The notes under the pieces are model-generated. The model made no database searches. It was not told where the DNA came from and worked only from the letters and a program-made list of their open reading frames with translations. A program made the translations under genes and the position numbers. Shown here piece by piece: positions 42,631 to 55,834 of a stretch of DNA of 64,000 nt (position 1 is its first letter; each line of letters starts with the position of its first letter). Origin of the DNA: the human T2T-CHM13v2.0 reference genome, Homo sapiens; NCBI RefSeq assembly GCF_009914755.1, contig NC_060928.1; one strand, 5' to 3'.

Positions 42631-44755
42631 AAGAAGCTTTATTTCATAGCAGTAGCAAAACCATTATTTGATCAGTTAATAAAAAAGATGGTTAAAGTGG
42701 AGAAAAAACTGATATATGCGTAGTTTAAACATTTTATTTCAACTTGAAACACGTAAGTTGGACATTCGTTTACCAATGATCTGATGTCCAGTCAAGACCT
42801 TTTATTTAAGTATATTTTATTTAAGAAGTTTCCAGAATTTGGGGTTTAGCTTTGTGTTTTTAAAAATAAACAATACCTATTTGTAGGCATTGTCTCACTG
42901 GTTTGTTATCTGTTAAAGGCAGTCAGTAATTAAAGACACTTGCAAAACAATCTGATTGTAGAACTTCTAAATATTTTCGAAGCTTCCTCCCCAATCTTTT
43001 TGATTTGTTTCAGACATACCCATAATTCAATAGCAATATTGTAGAAATTCCTTTTTATTAAGTTCTTACAAAGCATGCATCGTAATTTTCATAAAGCAAT
43101 AATTTTTGGAACTCATTTTTATTAGATAATCTAAGATTTATTTAAATTATGTAATTGCAATAGCAACTACAATAGGATCAAAAGGTTTGGGATAAACATA
43201 CTTGACTCTTGCTGAGCATATAACTTTACTAGTGGGAGAAGAATGTACACATATTATAGAATGGCTAGTAAGCTACAAGCTTTTAATGTATGGTGGGCAT
43301 CAGTCAGCATTTATAGAGAAAATGGAAACATTTTCTTAAGTAAAGTTTCGCTGAGAGAGCTTCTACTCTGTTTTTCAAGAAATTAGGGGAGAGAGAGAAT
43401 TTACTCCTTTTCTGTGAAGACATGGGATTTAAGCTATGTGTATCACAGGACTTGAAACAGAAAAAAAAACTCTACAGATGTTTTTATTTTACAAAGTTAG
43501 TTGGGTTAAATATTGCCCAAAGTTTCTACCTGAACCATCAAGTTTGGTTTTCATAAAAAACTTTTAATTTGTGAGAAAAATGTTATTTGAATTCTTTCAA
43601 TTACATCTTATCAGATTTTGGTGATGCTTTTGAATTCTCAAATGTTTCAAGTTGCAATTCTCTGTTAAGATTTATTACATCATTATCAAAACTTTGTATT
43701 AAGAAAAGAGTATATCTTTCTGAAGTCCCGTAGTACATATTGTTTCTGCCATTCATTTGATGCTTATATTTCTCATTTGCTAACATTTATAATCATCTGT
43801 TCTTACGCAAAGCAGTATGTCTTGGTGGAGAGGTAGTGGAAAAAAACAAAAAACACCCATGAAATAAATCTGTACTCAAAGAATTCAGCTTGCTTAACTT
43901 CCCAACTAAGTGATACTACTTTGGGGAACCATAACTGCTTTCCTTACTCCATCCCTTTTGTTTCACAGTGCCTTGTTCACAGCTCAATTATTTGAAGTCT
44001 TTATAGATCTGTTTCTCTCTTTTGTTGTTTCTGCTGTACACCTGGTTGTCTTTGACATTACTTCTGCCAGTCTTTGTGGTCACAAGTGACTTGTGGAGCA
44101 TTTTAAACCAAGTTCGAAGCTTGAGTTTTGTTGTAAGTCTCAGCAATAAAACCCAGGTTATAAATCTGCTGAAGGTCTCGTTATTTATTATTCTGCTCTT
44201 GCCCTTAGAGTATTGCTTTTTGAGGTCTCAGATGACTGTGAAGAGGGCTCCCTATTGGACTGTGCACCTTGTGTGGACATTGACCTTCGATATCTGCCTT
44301 CTTGCCTGGAACTTTTCAAAATAAAAGCTCAAGTTTGCAGGGAAATGCACTTAGGAAACAAAAGCAATTTCCCTGCTTGCTTATCTTTCAGTGGTTCCAT
44401 TTTCCTTCAGTTTTGCCTAGCAATTCCTTATTATCATTCCAGCTGTTTGTTGCTTTTAAGAAGTTATTTATATTTTATCCAGTATTTCTAGTTTGTTTCA
44501 GCAGTAGTGTTTGTCTGAATACCTGGCTCCTATTAGCTGGAAACACATGCTGTTCATACAGGTGCTTAGTGTTTTGGTTGTTGATGTGATTTAGAAGTGA
44601 TATAAAGACCATGTCACACAAAAAAGCTCAAACATGCTTTACCTCTGAAAATGTGGTTTCTAAAGAAGATTTTATTTAATTTTATACTTAGGTTTCCATA
44701 TTTATGGAATATGAGTTTGCACGAGTGGGCATAAAATGAAAAGTGCTGGTCATGC

Positions 44756-45113
44756 TGTTATTAGTCCGTTCTCATACTGCTAATAAATATATACCAGAGA
44801 CTGGGTAATTTATAAAGGAAAGGGAGATTTAATGGACTCACAGTTCCAAATAGCTGGGGAGGCCTCACAATCATGGTGGAAGGCGAAGGAGGAGCAAAGG
44901 CACATCTTACCTGGCCGCAGGCAAGAGAGTGTGTGCAGGGGAACTGCCCTTTATAAAATCATGGGATCTTGTGAGTCTTACTCACTATCATGAGAACAGC
45001 ATGGGAGAAACCTACCCCATGATTCAATTACTTCCCACTGGGTCCCTCCCATGACACGTGGGGATTATGGGAGCTACAATTCAAGATGAGATTTGGGTGG
45101 TCAAACCATATCT
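44756..45113 (-). mobile_element. THE1 (THE1B/C-like) solo LTR
   Basis: tgttattagtccgttctcatactgctaataaa...caaaccatatct; 5-bp TSD CATGC at 44751-44755 and 45114-45118. Confidence 0.92.
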
Positions 45114-48100
45114 CATGCCTAAAGCAAGAAACAAGGAATCCCTAGCAATAGATTTTATTTGCAGTTTAGTTAAACAACAGGTGCAAGCATATCTTATGTC
45201 TGTTGGTAAAGAAGTGAAAATGGATCACAGAAGCTCTTTCAGAGGGAAAAAAAGAGTTAAATATGATAGCATCCAGAAGCATTAATAATCCAGATGTTTA
45301 CAACTTCATAAAAATTGCCAAGTACTCATGGATACAATAGTCATTTTCACCAGGTGAAAAATGACCAGATGGTAGCACTTCAATTCTCTGGTGCCAACAA
45401 TGCAGCCACAGGGGGATTGTTTTTTGAGTGGCTGTGCTATTGAAACATGTTTTATAAGTATTCTATATTTATCGTAGTATCTGCTGCACAGGACTTTACT
45501 AGCCATAGAATTGGTTGTTGGAATTGCTGAAAGTGTTTATGTTTGTGTTTTAACAATAAGGGCTTTGGGTTGGGAAACTGGAGACCTGACACTTTATCAG
45601 TGATTTCATGTTTGATCTATAGTTGATTTGGATGTGCTCTAATATTACATTTTGCCATTTTTCTATTGTTAATTTTGAAAAATAAGAAAATATTTTTGCT
45701 AATTATTTACTGGCCAAGCATACTGAATTCATGGTCTATAAAAAGTACAGAATAATAGCCCAGTCATTTAAAATCACATTTACAGGCTTTTAAGCATTAT
45801 TAATTTATATGTAAATACAAAATTATTTTGTGAAAATTTAAGATACACATGGCTTAAATTTAGAGCCACATAAAGAATAACAATTAAAAATAGTTCTGTC
45901 CCAATTAGGAGAAATCAATCTTTTTCTTTTGCAAATAGTCTAATTAAAATATTCTATCAAAGGTTTATCCAAATGACACATCTAGTTGACACTGTATAAA
46001 TGTAAAACTTACAGGTATTGATCAAACTTACCAATAAAATTGTTTCCCTTGAGATGCTAAAGCTGTTAACATATAATTTCTGAGTAAAAATATAATTACT
46101 AAAGAAAACAACAAATTTCTTCATGGATAAAGGCACGACATAAATGAGCACACAAAAGCATCCTCAGTGACCTTGAGGGTTAAGAGGCTTGAGATTGAAT
46201 TTTCACATTTTAACCACAATTCAGTGCTTTTCATTTGACCAAAGTAAAAGGGCTAAGAAATATACCCAGAGCTTTTATAAAAAGCTGTTACAAACCAAAA
46301 GGGGAAGTTATATGTGTTTTAAAACACGGCAATAAATAGAGGAGTTAGATATTAACTGTAGTGTTCCAATCCTTTAATAGACTATGAGGATTTCTTATCC
46401 AAAATCAGTATATTTTTTGGAAAAAAAACCTTGTGAGCAATAGAATAAAATATCATTTATGAGAAGAAAGCAGCCCTGAGAAGCCATTTGAAGATATTAG
46501 TTTCAAACTTGGGCTAAGCATTTGAAGATTTTGAAGCAGCTTTCTATCAAGATGTGAATATTAGTAATTGCAGTCACTGTAGATTATACAAAGTGACTGA
46601 GGTGTTCCAGGAAGGCTGAAAAGAAACACTTCTATGGCTGGATTTTCATATCCATGAGGACAAGGGTTTTGTCATTTTTGTTACCAGATCCCCAGTGCTT
46701 CCTGGCTGGCTCATAGTAGGCCTTTAGTAACTGTGTTTGATAAGAAGATACAACCATAAAAAGAAGCTGTGTATGCTAATAAGATGGGGACAATAAGAAA
46801 GTTTTTATTTTAAATAAAGGATATTTTAAAAGGATAATTTTAAGTTCAATCCCTAGGCTTTCAGTTTAAGATACTATTATAGTAAATTAAAAGAATGATT
46901 TTAACATCCTGGGGCTTTTCTGATTCTGGAATAAATTTCTTTATTTTCTGTCAAAGAGAGCACACAAAATACATTTGTTTAGGAAGTTCTAGTGAGGGGA
47001 TTTTTTCATCAGAAGAGTTTTCACAACTAGCAAATCCAGCCTGTTTACACAGGCAGACTCCACAAGCTGGGCTGTTGCACACTCATCTTTGTCCATTTGG
47101 GAATGAGTGATTGAGGCTGGAGTGGGGTTGGGAGGATGCAGGGGGAGACAGAATGTGTATGGAAATGTCTTTTGCTTATGAACTGTGGCTTTTTCAGTGT
47201 TCCCTTCTCTGTACCTTTCCCTTCCCTCTGCCCACTGCAGTGTGGCTGCTGCCTGTAATCCCCAGACTTCCTCTGTCATAATAAAGGGAGGTCTGTGGTG
47301 ACAGAATGGTCACTATTTATGACCTACACTTTCTGCAGCTCTATCTTCTTTATGTCAAGGGGTATCCCGAGGGTAGCTTTTCATTCCTTGTCTGTTGGCC
47401 ATTGTTACTAGCTAGAAATTTTCTGTGAAACTTCAGAAGTGTTATGAGCTTGAGAGGCATACACTTGGGGGGTCTTGAGACTGCTTCTACATCTCCTTCT
47501 CAGCCTATGAAAACCGCCTGTTTTGATTTGGAGCTGGAGTGTCCTTGTTTCCTTTCCTCAGGCAGGAGTAGAAGGAAGATATCCTTTGGGCATTCTCATT
47601 TTAGCCAAATCATCTCCTTGTGGAAACATTCTTATCACAAGAAAGTAGGATCTATTATATTATGAGCAAGCTTTGCTTGGTAATTTTGCATTATCAAATT
47701 GGCTTTTGGGTTTGGCTTCAGGTAAAACAAATTGAGAGTGCTATGCCATTGGACTCACTTACTCAGTTTGCTTTTCCTTACCTTGATCACTCATTAGTCC
47801 CAAAAAACAGAGGAAGCCTCAACTATGGATTAACACCATGAACTTGATTAGAATAATGAACTCTTGGCACATAGTTCAAACATAGTTCAAGTGAGCACAT
47901 TCTTTTTTTTTTTTCCCCTGATTAGGTGATGTTTTAACTGTCTTTGTAGTGCATCTGCTTCTCTTTCCACTTAGCACCCATACCACATTTGTGGTAGAGT
48001 GACGATATATGCTGTTCAATTGCATAGCTGCTTCTCCTGGGCAGGGCTAGGGAAAGTGAAGGGGGAGATTAAGTTGCATGTGGCTAGCTCAGTTGTTATT

Positions 48101-50999
48101 AAACGCTGCCTGACTGATGCCTGATGTCTGCAGAGGATTTTCTTTGGAATTTGATCAATGGAGTGCTGGACAGTGAGGACAGCAAATGGCCATTTTATCT
48201 CCTGTCTTTAAAATAAAATATGCCCTCTCTGAAGGACAGTCTATGCTGGCTCTCAAGTTTAAATGTGAACGGACAGTGTGCTCCTTACCTTTGAAGGCAG
48301 ACACAAGTTTATCCCATTGATGGTCATGATGCTTTGTGGAAGGAATCAGCTTTTGTTACGAGCTCAAAATTCAGCCAGAATTATATCTCTGCTGGAGGTT
48401 TGATGGGAAGAGCCTTTTAATGTGGTGCATGCATCATTTCAATGGCTGTGAGCTCCTGGAATTGGAACCTGGTGCCTTGTCTGTGCAGAGGTCAGCTGGT
48501 GAGTATGAGCTACTCTCTTTCCTCAGAGAACTGATACCAATTATTTTCCATTCAAATAGAAATCATAGTTAAGTTTGAGCAACACAAGTATACAAGAAGG
48601 AAAGATTTTAAAAACATCAATTTCTCATCAGCTTACTACTGAATAAGCTAGTTATAAAGAGGCAAAGTTACCACTCTGTGTAGGAATGTCTAATCTGCCT
48701 AGCTTTCTTAAAAGGATTATGTGCTACTATCTCCTATGGGAGCAATCTGTTCCTTAATTAAGGAAAAGAGAAATAAAAATCACACACTACGAATGGACTT
48801 GTGATGAGTTTATTTTGTTTACAAATATTTATACTAATTGTCTGGGATTTCCTGTTTTGTGATTTGAATAGTAAGAGCCCTCAATGAGGGCTTTTTGAGT
48901 GGGTTCCTTTTCCGAGGTGAGTTGATTTAAGAGCCCTGAACCTTGGCCCTCCTGCCCTTGAGAGCCATCCCAAGGAAAGATACCTGGAAAAAATTATTTG
49001 GCTTCTAGTGTCCTCATCTATAAAAACATGGTGACTCTGCTTCTCTGTCACACTTAAAGATATTATGAGAAAATGTAAGCAAAGTAGTGTAATTATGATT
49101 CTTAAAGATGTGGCAATCACAGTGCTTTGTGCAATGTGTATGTCGGTCAATCTAACATCTAACAAACTATCACCTGGTTCATTACCTTTTCTTTATGAGA
49201 CAAAGATAAAAAGAGCTGTCATACTTGTTTATAGAAAGTAAAAGAGTCTTAGAGACTAAGACTCTGTTAACCATCCCTAAATTTTTTTTACTTATTAAGT
49301 TGAAGTTTAAAAAATGTGAAAAAATGTATAATTTTCCTGGCATTAGAAAACAACATAATGAAATTAATAACTGTTTGATTTTACAAGAGAGTCTATATTG
49401 AGCTCATTAAAAGCCAATGAAATAAAAGGTTTTTTTTGACAACAGGAACTCCTCACTTTCTTCTCTATCTGTGCTGATGATTTTTCACTTTCTTAATGAG
49501 GTTTCTAGAAGAGGAGAGGATATTTTGATAGTGTATCAGCAGATTCTAAAGGGGCAGTGGAAAGGTCTTGTGCCAGAAGAAGCTGGAGTCACCCTCACAA
49601 CAGGAAAACCATTGCAGGAGGCTTAGCCACATTTCCTTGGGACTCATGCTATTAAGCTAAATGGACATCCACCAATCAAGTAAGACTTGCTTGTTGCGAA
49701 CATTTTTTTAAAAGTAGAAGGAAAGAAAATGCCAGATGGCATTCAGAACACCCTGTGCTCTAGTCTTGCTGCTTTCCCTGAACCACCTTCTTTCCTAATG
49801 ACTGCTTTGACACCACAACAGCTGATTCTCCAGAGTACTTCAGAGGACAAAATGTTTGAGGTATGCTATGTCAAGTGGTAGACGGTGACTCCCCTGGCCA
49901 AGGAGATAGAAGAATCCTCCCCACATCCACACATTATCTTTGCAGAAAGCCTGAATGACTATGTGTATTTCTCTGTAAATATGTAAAAGGTTTTTCAGAC
50001 AAGGGAGTTTGAAGGGCTTAGATACTAATGAAGCTGATTTGTTTTTATTTTTGTTTTTTTGGAACATGAATTTTCAGCTGTTCAGATCAGAGAAAGCTAA
50101 TGCTCCCCATATATGATAAAAACTGCTCCCTTCTCTCCCTTCCTCTACCCTCTGTAAGTTGACTGACCATCATATCAACAATACAACACTGATCCATGCC
50201 ATGGTGATTACTGTTTTCTTTGACTTTCGAATCAGATTAAGTGCTAGGTTCTCTGTACTACTGTGGAATGCATTTTGCTTGCTTATGGGATATTTTATTA
50301 ATCTTAGTGCTTTCAACTCAGTTTAGGTAAAAGGAAAAATGATAAATTATGTTATATAAACTATAACATGTACCATCCACATTAGTATTTTCCCTCCTAG
50401 AAGAGTTGCTCTCTTACTATCTTTATGTAGTACAAGAAATGAGACTTTACGTTCTTCATTTATGGAAGCAGATATGTCATAAGGGTTAGGATACAAAAAC
50501 ATATCATTTTCTAGGAGAGCATTTTTAATGTTATTTTACTCTTTTCCTAACAATAGCATATATGTAGACTCAGATTATATTGTTTTACTATCAATGATTA
50601 TAATAGTGAAAACCCTTCTCCTAAAATGCAACAGTTGTGTGTATTGGGAAGGAACGTCCATAGTCCTCTATATACAATATAGTGGTATGATTCTGTCTCC
50701 AGCTAAGAATGAATAACTAAGAAGTGAGTGCCATCCTTGGCATCCTATTAGACCTCGATAAAACTATGGCAGTATAGTTAATTGGAATACTATAGAGAAC
50801 TTCATCTTCTTGAGTTAACAGCTTGTATCCTCTTTCCTCTTTCATTGAGCCTCCCTATTGGGTGTATATACAGCAACATTCAGAAATACTAATCCTGCTT
50901 TACTTCATCACATTGCTTTTCAAGTAAATTTGCATTTAACAAAAGCCTTTGATAATTAATAATGAGTACCTATGTGCCCTCTTTGAGTGATAAAGAGTG

Positions 51000-52007
51000 G
51001 CTTGGGTGGTGCCTGCTTTCCTCTTTCCCATTCTCTATCCCTGCCTTCCTCTCCCTCTTTTGAGCTCCCCGCTCTTTCTCCCAGGAAAACCTCGCTGAGC
51101 CCAGATTATATTGTTTGTTCACTGACAGCTCTTTTCTATGCTTAATGCAGCTCCCTAATTCAGCCTCACGTGGATCTGTAAATGGTACAGTGAGGACCCG
51201 GCTACTTCTAGCCCTTCCCAGACCTGCTCACCCCTGTATTGCCACGGCAGTGGCAAGTAACTCCAACTGTGCTCCTCTTCTCCCAAAACAGCAACGTCGA
51301 TTCTTTACTTTAAATGAACCTTGGAGAAGGAAAGGGCTGTGAGATGAAAAAGGCAGGAATTCATGTCATGTGCTACAGCAGAGCAGCCGTAGCAACGGCA
51401 GTAACAGCAGTAGCACGGCGGCAGCAGCAGCAGCAGCAGCAGAGTCCTTTAGCGAGACTGCACCATTTTCTTCTCACCCTGCATAGAGGTGTGGTTGGAA
51501 GCAGCAATAAACTACCCACCCCCTAGCAGTTTCACAGAGGTGGCCTCTTCCTGGCTCCAGTCAGAAGACACAGTCTGTCTGGAGGAGTCCCCAAAGACTG
51601 TTCCAATTGGTGATGTGTGTCTAAGGATGGCTTTTTCAACTAGTAGGATGCTTCTCTGCACTTGCAGCCACCCAACTGCTGAAGAGCTGGAAGTCTAGTG
51701 CTCCGCCTTCCCCCGGGACCATTTCTGAGTGTGGGTGCACACCTATGCCTGTGTGCGTGCAGGTGTGTGCTGCTGGAGGTCTCGGTTTGGGACCTTAGTT
51801 CATTGTAGTGAGTTGTGGGTGCTGCAGAGGCTGGAGCAAGATTATGACCTAGCTCGGGGGCGGAGTGGATTATCTTGTGAGTGTTCTGGCTGCCAGCCAT
51901 TGCCCTGGTGGGGAAAATCACATCTCCATAGAGCTCTGAAATCACCTGGATTGCTGGGGAGTGGAAACTGATCCTCTGCTACTGCTTCTGCTGATTTCCT
52001 CTGCAAA
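51000..52007 (+). promoter_or_regulatory. ANK2: Alternative promoter / 5' UTR of the ANK2 alternative first exon
   Basis: Local rise in GC and CpG; GC box gggggcggagt (51856-51866), E-box cacgtg (51167-51172) and CAG tract directly upstream of the ATG exon. TSS cannot be placed from sequence. Confidence 0.6.
51422..51442 (+). repeat. (CAG)7 trinucleotide repeat within a longer degenerate GCA-rich tract
   Basis: cacggcgg followed by cagcagcagcagcagcagcag. Confidence 0.95.
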
Positions 52008-52136
52008 ATGGCTCACGCTGCTGCTTCTATTAAAAAAGTTCGAGAGGCTGATCTGGATGAAAAGGAAAAAAATCTTGAGAGAGACAGAAAAAAACAACGG
52101 AAAATCCCCAGAGAACGTATGGAACGAAAAAGAAAG
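52008..52136 (+). CDS. ANK2: Ankyrin-B alternative first coding exon, MAHAAASIKKVREADLDEKEKNLERDRKKQRKIPRERMERKRK (43 aa, partial CDS)
   Basis: Kozak aaaATGg; upstream in-frame TGA at 51969-51971; phase-0 donor AAG|GTATGA; similarity to the ANK3 MAHAASQLKK...RDRKKK and ANK1 MAQAAKQLKK N-termini. Confidence 0.88.
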
Positions 52137-54171
52137 GTATGAGGAGCATCCTTTTAACCCTCTTTCTCTGCAGCTCTGTGTAGCACCATCAGCCTCAGAA
52201 CTGGCAACTTCATCCTCCCTTCCTTCCATCATTCCCCTGCACCATTTCTAAGCTCAGTTTGCAGCCTAGAGCTCATGCCTACATTTGCTGCATTGGGAGG
52301 AGATGCTTGAGCAGGGTGAATTTCCTTTGCTTTGACCAAGCAAGGCAAAAATGCCTCCACTTCATTTTTCTTTTTTTTTGTCTCAATTATCTTTATTTAA
52401 TCTCAAAGCTAGGTGCTTTATCTCTTCAGGCTACTCTTAGTACTGGGCACAGAAGAAGGAAGGGGTTGATTTACGGTTGGAGGGTTAAAGTATTTTCTTC
52501 TTCTTGTTCCTCATCTCTATTACTATATCTTTAGCAGTGTGTCTTCTCACTGACTGTATATTTGATGTAGACCTCTAGTTAAGAATAAACTAAAGATTTT
52601 ATGTGCTCTCTTTTTCCCTCCTGGAGGTTTACACCCGGTTTTCACTTCTTAGTGAAGCTGCACTAAGAATATTGGTGCAGTGAGCTGTGTCTCTGCATTT
52701 TTAAAATTTTAATTAATTTTTTTGTTTTCTATCATTAATCCTTTAATTTTCTTTTCTGAATATGGCAATGAAATCAAAACAACCAAGGTTAAACAAGGGA
52801 TGAAATGTTGATTCCTTTTACATTGAACTATTGTTTCTTTCTCTTAAAATATTGTTTTCCTTTATAATAGAAATAATCTTACAACTTGATGGAACTGAAA
52901 TACTCATTTAGTCAGTGATCTAGATCTATAAAGAAAGACCTCTGTAAATGTTTTAATTAACAAAGTAGGTCACTGAATAATTTCAGAAGATGATAAATGG
53001 CATATTACATTAGCAGAGCATTAAAATAGTGGTTTGTACACAAGCTGTTGTTAAACATAGCTCTGGGATTAGGGATGCAATGGGGATCCATATACTTAAT
53101 AATCCATATGCTCAATGGACTCTTTTTTTCTTCCATAATAGATATGTTTACCTTTCAATTTGGGGGATGTTGTCTTTGCCTCACTTTTGGAAAGACACTT
53201 GAGAACCAACATTGAGTTGAGATCTTACTGCATAGGGATTCATTGCATTTCAGTTTACTACTTATCTCACCACCAACTAGATCAAATGACTGTTACTAGG
53301 CTACAGAAATAAAATTAGCAGTATATAATGATTTCCCTTCTGGGGAAAACTTTAATACTGCTTGTCTGAGCTTTAAAAGGCCGTGTTGTTTCAAGATTGC
53401 ATTAATTCTTTTTTTTAGTATCAAAAGTATTATTAGCCATTTTGTGGAGGTCGACTTCCTTCTTGACAGCGACTGCAGTTCTGTTTCTAATGCTCTAAAT
53501 GGAACATTATTGTATAAAGAATTTTCTGTGATTATATCTTTTTTATCTTTTGTTCTCCAAAACACAGTATATGATTTCTTGGCTAGCGGCCCTTGTCAGC
53601 ATTCAGCTGTGACCTAGCAACTTTGCTTAGCTAGAGTACCATGCATACACCTGGAAAATCACTTGTTCTCACTCTGGTTTGTTTCTGTATCTAGTTGAAT
53701 GTTTTTCCCTTTCCAAACCTTGATAAAAACAGAAAAACTGAAAAACTGTACTGTTAAAATAAAAGGTGCCAGTTGTTGTTGAGAATCTCAGTTGCTTGGA
53801 TGCTTCATTGCTTTAGCTTGAATCCAGAACCATAGGCAAGATTATTGGTTAGTAATGTGGTCATATGACAGGATCATCTGGTCTTCACATGTAGATATTA
53901 TATCTAAGCTAGAACCAGAGTAAATTAGGAAAATAAAGGCATAGCTAGTATTTGTCCTTGTTCCTCTTTTTTCATGTGCACCTATTGCTCCTCCTCCCTT
54001 TTCTACTGCAGATATTTACACAGCACAACAAACTTGCTAAAAGAGTGGGTGTGCTTTTTAGCTATATTATATTTATTTTCTAGATAGACAGTCCCTCCCC
54101 CAACCCCACCACACACACATAAGCACTGAACCAGTTTTCAATTTTCTTTTGAAAAAAGAAATTTACCTCAT

Positions 54172-54217
54172 CATCATACCTTAAGGTGTACATCATACCT
54201 TAAGGTGTACATACCTT
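54172..54217. repeat. 19-bp perfect tandem duplication plus partial third copy
   Basis: catcataccttaaggtgta x2, then catacctt. Confidence 0.9.
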
Positions 54218-55304
54218 CATGATAGTTCATGAAGAAATGAAAAAAAAATGGTAGCCTATTAGTGGCATTCTGGAATACCATCTGCAGAAAGTAATTTTAA
54301 AATTATCATCGTTTATTTGCTGATGCCACTTTATCATCATAAGGGAAAGCATCAGTTGTAGAGATGATTGAGTATATCATTTTCATATCCATTTGTAGTG
54401 CCTCTTACTAATGAAACTGTTTATTTGAAAAATTCAGATGAGATCCACCCCAATGCAGATAAAAGCCAATTATGGGGCTCGAAAGAAAATAAATAAGCTG
54501 ATTTTGAAGGATTTTTACCAAGGTAAAGATATTGCACATTAAAATCAATTAAGCAGTCACATTTAATCTTTATTTTAATATTCTTTTGTAAACTTACTGT
54601 TAATTAAAAGAATATTTGTATTATTATTTTGTACTCCTTAAAACATTTAAAATTAATTTTAATTATTTGTAAACTTGAAACATGTTGCATACTTGACTAT
54701 AACCCCTCTACCAAGTTGCCAGTGGTGTTGTATTAAAACAATATATACTAAGAGATCTACTTTCAACCTCATTATAAGCAGAACTTATCTTACTATAATA
54801 TGTTCAGATTTCTTTGAGCTATACTCTGGTTAGCTAATATTTAAATATGGTATAGTACCGAATATCTATTGTATGTGTCATACTATGTAGAGCTAAAATA
54901 AAACTAAGCTTTAAACAAATAGGCAAAGATTAAGATGAGTTAAACTAATTTAGTATGTTTGCTGAAGAGTTCATTAATCTGGAATTTTACAAAAATCAGA
55001 ATATCTCTATTCTAATTATTAGCTTATATTAGCAAGTAATTTCTTTGTATGTCCAGATTTTGCCAGTTTTTATGTTGGAATCTGAGAATTTTAGAATTGA
55101 GGAGGATGCCAACAAAAAATGGTTAAGTGATTTATCAGCGTTTTCACAAATTTGCGAGACTTAGTTCTAAAAAGTGATTTGAAGTTGAATATTCTTTCCA
55201 CAACTAGATACTATTTCCCAACTGTACGTTTTTTAAAATTTGAAAAATACATAATTTTTAGAGAATGAGTAAACAAATTTATTCTTGAAAGTAAAACATA
55301 TATT

Positions 55305-55570
55305 TATTTTATTTATTTTAAAACTTTATTATAAGTTCAGGGGTACATGTTCAGGATGTGCAGGTTTGTTACACAGGTAAATGTGTATCATGGGGGTTTG
55401 CTGTGCAGATTATTTCATCACCCAGGTGTTAAGCCTGGTACCAATTGGTGATTTTTCCTGATCCTGTCCCTCCTCCCAACCTGCATCCTCCAATAAGCCC
55501 CAGTGTGTTGTTCCCCTCAATGTGTCCATGTGTTCTCATCATTTAGTTCACACTTATAAGTAAGAACATA
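55305..55570 (-). mobile_element. L1PA (PA13-15-like) 3' fragment
   Basis: aagttcaggggtacatg..caggatgtgcaggtttgttac...gtgtccatgtgttctcatcatttag. Confidence 0.9.
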
Positions 55571-55834
55571 AAGTATATATTTAAATAATATTTATCACTT
55601 AAATTTAGGATCACCATAAATTTTCAAATAAATCAATATGTTCACCATTTCTCAGCACAGACAAACTATTGTCCAATCAATCATAATGTCTACAATACTC
55701 ACTGGAATCATATGACTTAAAAGGCAAATGTATGACTAGTTCTTAACATCCTGATGCTTAAAACATTCTTTTTATTATTTTAATTTATACTATTAAAATG
55801 CCAGAGTTCACATTTTCTGAAAAAATATTTGTGA

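Noticed and set aside
48876-48897. Hairpin agccctca-a-tgagggct followed by a T-run, resembling an intrinsic terminator
   Set aside because: Bacterial terminators are irrelevant in a eukaryotic intron, and a short stem like this is expected by chance.
51961-52251. 96-aa ORF with a poly-Leu, signal-peptide-like start
   Set aside because: It has a GTG start, is an alternative frame over the real ankyrin exon and runs through the splice donor.
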